From NCBI GenBank assembly GCA_001600695.1, contig BCKQ01000001.1, positions 978,326 to 1,042,325 of the forward strand: a stretch of DNA of 64,000 nucleotides, written 5' to 3'. Both the position numbers and the translations under genes were made by a program. Within the stretch, counting starts at the first letter, position 1. Each line of letters opens with the position of its first letter. Shown piece by piece: positions 1 to 8,700 of this stretch. This stretch comes from Ascoidea asiatica JCM 7603 (lineage: Eukaryota > Fungi > Ascomycota). A model generated the notes under the pieces. The model had not been told where the DNA came from. It saw nothing but the letters and a program-made list of their open reading frames with translations, and ran no database searches.

Positions 1-379
1 TGAAAAAAATGAAATTTCTACTTCTAAAATCAATGAAAATACTGAGAATACTGAGAATATTGAAAATAATAATTTAAATGATAAGGAAGATACAAGTTCA
101 AATACTGAAATACAAAAAGAAATAATTAATGAAAATAATAATAAAGAAGATAATAACCAGAACGGTACTTCTAAAGATGATTATAAGGATATATCTAACG
201 AAGATCTTAAAGATCTTAAAAATGTACCTAAGGATGAACATAAAGATATAAATAAGGATAATGATAAGGATGACCCTAAAGATATAGCTAAGGATGATGA
301 TAAGGACGATCAGAAGGATGAACATATGGACGATGAAGATTATTATATGGAGAAATCTAGTAATAATTCAAAAGATTAA
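1..379 (+). CDS. 3' end of a gene entering from the left edge; acidic D/K/N-rich low-complexity tail
   Basis: Frame starting at nt 2 (EKNEISTSKINENTEN...DEDYYMEKSSNNSKD) is open to TAA 377-379. It converges on the stomatin gene. Confidence 0.7.
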   Translation, partial: EKNEISTSKINENTENTENIENNNLNDKEDTSSNTEIQKEIINENNNKEDNNQNGTSKDDYKDISNEDLKDLKNVPKDEHKDINKDNDKDDPKDIAKDDDKDDQKDEHMDDEDYYMEKSSNNSKD

Positions 380-627
380 AATATTTTTATTTAAATTTTT
401 GTTTTATTAATTGTTTTAATTGTATTTTTAGATGTAAACAAATCCATTTTATTAAATGAAATTTAATAAATATTTATTAGTGGATAGTGATATATATAAA
501 AAAGAAGAATAATAAAATCAAAAAAATAACTAAGAAAAAAAAATACCAAACCACCAAACCAACAAAAAAGTAAATTAGACTAAAATAGATTAGGATAAGA
601 TTAAAAGAAGGTTATTAATTAAAGAGA

Positions 628-1719
628 TTATTTTAAGCCTTCAGATAAAGCTGTCATTCTAATAATTTCTTGTTCATTATTTAATGGAGAACTATCAAAT
701 TCATTATCATTAAAAGGTTGAAAATCTTGATGATTAAAATCATTTAATTTTGGTATTGGAAATTGAGTATTTTTATTGTTAATAACTTTATTACTATCAT
801 CACCAATTGAAGAAGTTGCAGGAGGACCAGGCATGAAAATAACTTTTGAATTTGAAGATTTAGCCATATTTTGCATAGCATCAAGATATCTAATTTGCAT
901 TGCAGGTTTTGAAGCTAAAATATCAGCAGCTTTTCTCATTAATTTTGCACTTTCAACTTCAGCTTTTGCAGCAATAATTTTAGATTCACCAATTCTTTTA
1001 GCTTCAGCAGCTAAACTTAAACTATTTGAAACATTATCAGTTAAAGAAAGATCTTTAATTAAAATTGATTCAATATGAACACCCCATTCTTCAGCAGTTT
1101 GAGCAATTAAATTTTCCATATCTAAAGCAATAATTTCTCTTTTTTCAATAATTTCTTGTAAATTTTTACCACCAATAACTTGTCTTAAAGTTGTTTGAGC
1201 TCTTTCATTTAAAGAAGAAGATAAATTTGTGATTGAAAAAGCAGCTCTATGAGGTTTATTAATATTATAATAAACAACAGAAGTTAAATATACAGTAACA
1301 TTATCTTTTGTTATACATTTTTGAGCAGGAACTTCAATATATTGAATTTTAACAGAAATTGTATTAATATTTTCAGATAAAACATTAACTTTAACAAGAC
1401 CAGGATCAGAGATTTTATATAATTGACCAAATCTTGTAATTAAACCAACATAACCTTGATCAACTCTTTTATAAGGATTTGGACAACAAAAACAAATTGG
1501 AATAACACCAAAAAATCCAATAAAATTACCAGCTGCAGTTAAAAATTTAGTATAAGCAGTATCATTTGTTGTTGGTTCCCATTCGGAAGCATAAGATAAT
1601 TGAATATCTTGTTTTTTCAATGGTTGAGAATGAATAATTGGAGGCTGATTAGTAATAATTGGAGTTGGATTTTCATCAACAGGTTTATTAAAAGATTCTT
1701 GTTCTTGAATAGTTGACAT
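628..1719 (-). CDS. Stomatin-like SPFH/band-7 membrane protein
   Basis: Hydrophobic hairpin ending CFCCPNPY, then SPFH motifs (RVDQGYVGLITRFG, ITKDNVTV, WGVHIESILIKD) and the C-terminal AEVESAKLMRKAADIL..AMQIRYL segment. Confidence 0.92.
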   Translation of the reverse strand: MSTIQEQESFNKPVDENPTPIITNQPPIIHSQPLKKQDIQLSYASEWEPTTNDTAYTKFLTAAGNFIGFFGVIPICFCCPNPYKRVDQGYVGLITRFGQLYKISDPGLVKVNVLSENINTISVKIQYIEVPAQKCITKDNVTVYLTSVVYYNINKPHRAAFSITNLSSSLNERAQTTLRQVIGGKNLQEIIEKREIIALDMENLIAQTAEEWGVHIESILIKDLSLTDNVSNSLSLAAEAKRIGESKIIAAKAEVESAKLMRKAADILASKPAMQIRYLDAMQNMAKSSNSKVIFMPGPPATSSIGDDSNKVINNKNTQFPIPKLNDFNHQDFQPFNDNEFDSSPLNNEQEIIRMTALSEGLK

Positions 1720-2817
1720 TTTATATTAGATTATATTAAGTTATATTATATTATATTATATTGTATTAGATAAGGTTGTTTGAATAATTGAATAATTGAT
1801 TGAGAAAGTTTAAGAAATTAAGGATTGAAATTCATAAATTGATTAAGAAATTAAGTGAAATAGTTATTCATTTATATAGTATATTATTATGTTAATTGAA
1901 AATAATAGAATAGGATAAACCAGGAAAGAATTGATTGAGGAAACAGTTTTAAGGAAAGTTAAACTAATTGTCAGCAATGAACCTCATAGAATTGTCTTTT
2001 TGGCCAAATTGTTACTAATTTTTCATTTTTTGCTTTCTTACTTTATTTATTATTTGCTATTTATTATTTATTATTCATGATTATGATTATGACTTTGAAA
2101 GGTGTGAATTGTTTGTCAGTTTCTTTGTTAACATTGAAAAGTATTGAAGCTCAGCACAGTTTTAGCTTTGGTTTTAGCTTTTACTTTAGCTTTTAGTTCT
2201 TGTTTTAGTTACAAAACTGGTTCTCAAAGTCCAAGAAAGGCCTAGAAAGCTAAGAAACCCCAAGCAAAGCACGAGTATCAATTATTTTACATGATTCTTA
2301 TGTTTGTATTTAAGCCTTGAATTGTTTATTGAATCAGTGATATTATTTATTTATTTCATTCTTTATTTCTTTCTTTATTTCATTACTTCATTTATTATTA
2401 TTTTATTATATTTTCTTGTCATTTCTTTGTTCGTGGTTCTTTGTTATGTGTGTTTGGGTTGGGTGTTTGTGGCTGATGATATCTTTTTTTCGGTACGCAT
2501 GCATTCTTGGGAGACTCAACCTGTTTCCGCGTTGTTCCGCTCGGGTCTGCACTGTTTTTGGTTGTGGCTATGCCAACCAGGCGCAAAAGGTATACCACAT
2601 TTAAAAGCATGAAGTAACATATAAAAAACATCCAAATTTATGGTATTACCATTGTGGTGGGTGCTAATAAATATCCGTTATTTTCCTAACTCGGTTTTGC
2701 TTTCCATGACATGATCCGCATCGTTTATTCAGAACCCTGAAATTTCATGAAAAAGAAATTGCAATCATTGTAAGAAAGCCTGGATCTCGAGACTGGGTAA
2801 CTTAGTTTTGATTTTGA

Positions 2818-2824
2818 TATAAAA
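2818..2824 (+). promoter_or_regulatory. TATA box of U3 copy 1
   Basis: TATAAAA about 52 nt before the U3 5' end. The same TATAAAAGAAGAAAGAATCTCAACTTTTTT block precedes copy 2 (from 51727). Confidence 0.65.
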
Positions 2825-2875
2825 GAAGAAAGAATCTCAACTTTTTTATTTAGTTTATTTCTCTTTTTTTTCTTT

Positions 2876-3248
2876 GTCGACGTACTTCAGTAAGTAGCTT
2901 ACCATATGGTTCAAATAATAATAATAATATTAATAGTTTCAATTACTAACAAATTCAATAGTAGGATCATTTCTATAGGTCACGTCTCTCTTTGATTCTT
3001 CAAAAGAGCCATCAAATCCAACTTGGATGATGAGATGAAAACCATTGTGTCCATTGAATGAGAATTTCAATTAGTTTATCTGTGATCCTCTGTTGGTCTG
3101 GATATCTTGTTTTCAATTTGCCTTTCGTTTGTAAAGATATCCAATTTTGTTGATGTCTTGAGAAAGGAGCAATGATTTCAATCCAATATTACATGCTTTT
3201 TCGGAAGGAGTAAATATTTGGATGGATAACAATGGCAGTCTGACAAGT
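2876..3248 (+). ncRNA. SNR17: U3 snoRNA (snR17 homologue), copy 1: exon 1 2876-2889, 72-nt spliceosomal intron 2890-2961, exon 2 2962-~3248
   Basis: Spliced 5' end GTCGACGTACTTCA|TAGGATCATTTCTATAGG and 3' end ATGGCAGTCTGACAAGT match yeast U3 as I recall it. Box C' (GATGATGA), box B (GAATGAGAA), box C (AATGATTT) and box D (CTGA) are present. Intron is GTAAGT..TACTAAC(2944-2950)..TAG. Confidence 0.96.
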
Positions 3249-3442
3249 TTTTAAAAATACATTTGAATTTTTATTTATTCAATTATTTAAATTCTATTAT
3301 ATAGTGTATATATTTTATAGCTCATTGAATACAATGAAGATTGTTTAATTGTTCTTTATATGTTTTTTTATTATTATTGTACAAAAATTATAAAAAAAGT
3401 TTATCTTATTCTCATAATTTTTAAATTGTAATTATCTATTGA

Positions 3443-4699
3443 TTAATCTTTCTTACTTTTCTTCTTATTATCCTTTGATGAATATTGTAAAATCGAAGAA
3501 GACTCCGAATCAGATTCTGAAGATGAATATGAATTTGAAAGTGATAATGAATGAGTTGAATTTGAATTTGAATTGGAGGTGGCTATGGAAGAAAAAGAAC
3601 TTGAAGAAATTGAAGATTTTAATTTGTTTTTACCAATACTATTAGTATTTGTATTTGTATTTGTAATTTCATTTTCAATTGATTTATTAATAATTGATTT
3701 ACTATAAATAATTTGATTATAATCCCATCTTAAATTTTTATTATAATCAATTTTTGGTAAAAGATAAAGATTAGTGAAGAAATAAAAAAAATAACTTAAT
3801 AAACCACCTGCAATTAAATCTATAAAATAATGATGATTTAAATACATTGTTGACCACCAAATCCAAAAAATATATGTGAAATAAATAATTTTAAATTTAA
3901 AATTTGGTAAAATTTTATTTAAAAATAATATTGAATTTATTGCACATGCAGAATGTAAAGATGGAAAAGCACCAAAAACCATTGGAGAAGATTTAAAACC
4001 ACTTGAATATAAATTTAAATTTAAAATTTTATCAATTCTTATTAAACCTCCTGGATTACCAATAATTTCATAATTTGCAGGTTTTAAACCATAAATATTT
4101 TTATACCATGGAGGAGCACATGGAAAAATTAATTGAATTAAAACTCCAAAAAAATTCATGAAACCAAAAGAAAATGAAAATGCTCTAAGAGATTTTGGAG
4201 GAGCTTTAATAAAAATTAACATTGAAACTAAAAATGGTAAAACAAAATGAATTAAACCATATGGTAACCAAGCTAAAATATCTAAAAATTTTAAATTTTT
4301 TTTTGATAAAATATTTGAATAATCATTACCAAATAATATTGTTTCTAAAGAAGGTAAAATTTGTACATTTATTGGAGGTCTAAGATTTGAATTTATTGAA
4401 GAAGAAGAATAAAATAAAGATAACCAAGATAGAATTGGTAAAGAATATAAAAAAAATTGATTTGATATTGGAAATAATAATAATAAAGATAATGATAAAG
4501 TTAAAAATATTTTATTTGAAAGATTTAATAAATCTGAAATTATTAAGAAATTTGAAAAAGATAAAATTATTATAATATATTGTAAATCTAGTTTATTCCA
4601 TTTATGATTTTTTAAATCATTAATTGTTAAGAATATATTAAAAGAAGTTTTTAATTCCGTTACTGATTTGGAAATTGAATTACAATTTTTATTTGACAT
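3443..4699 (-). CDS. AUR1: Inositol phosphorylceramide synthase catalytic subunit (Aur1, PAP2 family)
   Basis: Motifs RPPINV..LP.LETIL, LDILAWLPYGLIHF, FPCAPPWY, FGAFPSLHS and STMYLNHHYFIDL. Confidence 0.9.
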   Translation of the reverse strand: MSNKNCNSISKSVTELKTSFNIFLTINDLKNHKWNKLDLQYIIIILSFSNFLIISDLLNLSNKIFLTLSLSLLLLFPISNQFFLYSLPILSWLSLFYSSSSINSNLRPPINVQILPSLETILFGNDYSNILSKKNLKFLDILAWLPYGLIHFVLPFLVSMLIFIKAPPKSLRAFSFSFGFMNFFGVLIQLIFPCAPPWYKNIYGLKPANYEIIGNPGGLIRIDKILNLNLYSSGFKSSPMVFGAFPSLHSACAINSILFLNKILPNFKFKIIYFTYIFWIWWSTMYLNHHYFIDLIAGGLLSYFFYFFTNLYLLPKIDYNKNLRWDYNQIIYSKSIINKSIENEITNTNTNTNSIGKNKLKSSISSSSFSSIATSNSNSNSTHSLSLSNSYSSSESDSESSSILQYSSKDNKKKSKKD

Positions 4700-4755
4700 T
4701 TTGTATTTTATGGTATATTTTATATTGTATAGTATAATAGAGAGATATATATAAA

Positions 4756-4791
4756 GAGAGTGAGAGTGAGAGTGAGAGTGATAGTGATAGT
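4756..4791 (+). repeat. (GAGAGT/GATAGT)n microsatellite upstream of AUR1
   Basis: gagagt x4 followed by gatagt x2. Confidence 0.8.
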
Positions 4792-5773
4792 AGGAAAGAG
4801 TATAGTAATAATTAAGTAGAGCTAATCACGACAATAATTATGTGCAATTTTAGTTACTTATATATTATAATGAAAAATCACTTAATTTACGAGTTAAATT
4901 GGATTAAAGTGATATGAATAGGGTTTGAATAGAATGGTTTAAGACAATAGATATCATAGTTGATTATTCATAGGATAATACATTGACAATAGTATTGAAA
5001 TTGAGAAGAAATCATTATCATATTATCATAAGCTAGTCTAAGAAGATTGGAAGAGAATAATTATTTAGGATTATGAGAAGACTCTGGATCGAGAAATAAA
5101 AATTATTTAGGAATGAAATAAAGTGAAATAATTCAAGAATAAAGAAAATACTTGAAAATAATTGAAAATAATTGAAAATAATTGAAAATAATAGATCATA
5201 AATAAAGGGTATTTTTGTGGTAGTGGTCGGGATAAGGTCTTTTGATTGGCTGACTGGATCCCCAGACAAAGTCATTATTTATTATTCTATTACGCTGGTG
5301 GCAGTGGTGGCTTACTGATTGATTGTGTTAGCAGCTATTTATTTATTATCTCGCTGGATCTTATCAGTTCTGTTTAGTTCAGTTCAGTTCTTGTTCTGCC
5401 CGTGTGGCCTGCCGTGGAAAAAGACTGAATCGAGTGTTGTCCATAAGGAGACCCGTCTTTTTGGCTTCGGTTTGGTTTCCATTTATTTTTGTCCGTGATT
5501 CTGTTATATAGGACATTTAGTTTCTAATTACAGGGTATACTGCTGGTCCTAGATCTGTCTCATCTGCGGTATCTCGAATAAACATCAAATAACATCGAAT
5601 ATAAGAATATTACTGAAGTAGGATAATAATTAGATAAATAAATAGATAATAGATAATGAATAATCAATCAATCAATTATAATCAATAATCAACACATCAA
5701 TACATTAACCAATTCAATAATCAATCATTATAACAAAACTCATCCAATTACAATTATTTCACAACTTTCATCA

Positions 5774-8700
5774 ATGAGTGCAGTTTGTTCTCTTGATGAA
5801 CTTGTAGATTATATCATTGAGCAAGTCGCTTATGAATCTGATGATGGTTTATCTTTAAATTTATTATGGAATATAATCAAGTTAAAACTAAATTTAAATC
5901 CAAATCAAAATTTATCAATTGATTTTAAAACTTCAATATGGAAACTATTAATAAATGAAAAAGATTTATTATTATATGATAAAATTATCAATAATGATAA
6001 TAATATTGATAATTTAAATCGAATTTCAATAAAAAAAAATTATATAAATTTAATTTCAAATGATATTAATAATGATATTGATAAAAATTTAATTTTAAAA
6101 TTAAATTTGGATCATCAATATCTTATATTAACTGGTGAAAATAAATTAAATTCAAATATTGGTATAAATTCATTTAATATTTTAAAATTAATTATAAAAA
6201 AAAAATATAATGGACTTTTAGTTTTAGATATACCAAAATTTATTGGTCAAGATCCAAGAAGTTTAACATCAAGAATAAAAATTTTAAAAAAAAAAAATTT
6301 AATAAATTCAATTCAAATTACTCATTCTAAAAGAATTACTCATATTTTAGTATACTATAAATTCTTTAATCAATTTAATTCTCTTTATAATAATCAAAAT
6401 AATCAAAATAATCAAAATGATCAAAATATTGATAATGATTATTATATACATTCAATTTCAAAAAAATTAATTGTAGATTTAATTAAAAATGCTCCAAATA
6501 ATATTAGAAGTGTAAGAGATTTAAAAATTCAATTAAATTTAAATAATTTAAATTCAAATAAAAGATCTTTTAAAAATTTAATAAATTCTCTTGTTACAAA
6601 TAATTATTTGAAAAAAGTTTTAGCTCCAACTAAAATTAATTCAAATAAAAAATTATTATGTCTTTTATATTTAAAAGATTTCAATTCAACTTCAAATAAT
6701 GATAATAATAATAATAATGATTCTGATTCAAATGATGAATTTGATTCAGATTCAGATCTAGATCTGGATTTAGATTCTGATGAAGACTCAAATGAAGATA
6801 ATGAAGAAAATGAAAATCAGATTGAAAATCAAGAATTGGAAATTGAAAATGAAATTGAAAATAAAAATAAAATTAATCTTAATACTCATTCAATTCCTTT
6901 AATTAATTCATTATTTCCATTAGAAAATCAATTACTTAAATTATCTGAAATTTCTAAAAATAATGGAATTTCAACTATGTTCCTACAAAAAAAGACTTTA
7001 GGTTGTAATACTTCAAGAACTTTTCATAAATATATGGATCTTTTTACAATTTCTATTAATAATAATAATAATAATAATTTAAATAATTTAATTAATAATA
7101 TAACTGATATTAATATAAATGATTATTATAAAATTATTAGAGGTTATGATTTTTCTGGTAAAACTAAATTTTATAGATATTTTTCAAAAATTAATTATAT
7201 CTCTAATTTTAATAATAATATTGATTTTAATAATTATAATAATATAAATAAATTTAATTTAATTAATGAAAAAAAAAATTATGATAATTTACCAATTGTT
7301 AATTTTAATAATCTTAAATTTTTTAAAAGTTCTTTAACTTCAAATCCTTTACATTTAATGAAAGATGAATTTAATAATTTTTATATAATTTGGCATGGTA
7401 TGGAAAGATCAATATATTCATTAAAATCTATAAATTATTTTAAATTTACTATAATTAATGGAAATTTAAAAGAAATTCAATTAAATGATAAAAAAAATTT
7501 ATCTCCAAGTAAAAATAATATTAATAAAATTGTTACTAAACCTAATGGTAAACCTAGAGGTAGACCAAGAAAAATTATTGATGAATCAAAAATAGTTAAA
7601 CCAAAAATTAAAGGTAAAAGAGGTAGACCAAAGAAAGTTACTAACAAAATTGAAAAAATTTCAAAAATTGAAAAAATTATTGAAATTAATAAAGAAAATA
7701 GTACCAATAACAATGATAATGATATAAATATTAAGGAAAATAATAATAAAAAAAATGATAAGGATAAGAGCAATGATAATACGAATAATACTACCGATGA
7801 AGAAATGGTTGATGCTTTGGAAACAATTGAATCAAACAAAGTTGATAAAGTGAATGATGTTAATGAAGTTGATAATACGAACGATGTTAATGAATTTGAT
7901 AAAACTGATAAAGTCATTGAAATTAGTAATGTTGATAAAGTTAATGATGTTAATAATACAGATGAAATTAATGAAGTTTTATCAAATATTAATGAAAAAG
8001 TTTCTTTACCAAACACTTCAAATGAAAATATGAGTAAAGAAACTATAAATGAATCTTCAAAAGAAAACAATATTTCTTCAGATGTTATAGATCCCTCAAT
8101 TCATAATGATTCAAGTACAAACTCAACATATTATACTGCTTCTTCGAAGGGTGAGCTAAATAATTCAAATCCAAACTCAAAAGAAAATGAAATTGTAAGT
8201 GATTTTAATAAAAATGATAATATTGTAGATCAGGATACGACTATGATTGAAAATAATTCTCAAAATTCAGTTTGTACTACTGTTGCAAATGATATCAATG
8301 AAAAGAGTATTGAAAAGAATATTGAAGAGAATATTGAAAAGAATAATTCCACTACTACTGAAAATAAAGAAGAAATTAATGTTGAAAAAAGTGATGAAAA
8401 TATTGCTGAAAATATAGTTGAGGAGGATATTGAATATAATAAAAATCAAAATCAAATTCCGTCAGATAAGGCTGGCGAAATGTTAATTGAAGCTTCAATT
8501 GATATGTCAATTGCTAAACAATCTGTTTTAGTAAATGATAGCTTGAAAGGAGATTATCTTCAAATTCCTGAAACCAATTATTTAACAGAACAAGAAGATA
8601 ATAATGATAATAATGATAATAATGATAATAATGATAATGATATTATTATCAACGATCTCAATCAAATAAAAATGCAAAGACCTTTAGATAGTCTAAACAT

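Noticed and set aside
98-325. Hydrophobic 75-aa minus-strand ORF and the many similar antisense or overlapping ORFs (e.g. 7477-8070, 9115-9498, 33735-34085, 37721-38266, 44097-44396)
   Set aside because: Shadow frames of N/K/D-rich coding sequence: AAT/GAT/AAA read as I/L/F on the other strand. No independent signal.
2304-2631. Short intergenic ORFs (also 5033-5275, 13267-13518, 18634-18855, 33006-33251, 46853-47074, 51568-51858)
   Set aside because: Mostly non-ATG starts, T-rich promoter or terminator composition, and no motifs. 51568-51858 simply overlaps the U3 gene.
2876-3248. The 373-bp duplicated segment as a solo LTR or pair of LTRs
   Set aside because: No TG..CA termini, target-site duplication or gag/pol. 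It is fully explained as U3 snoRNA.
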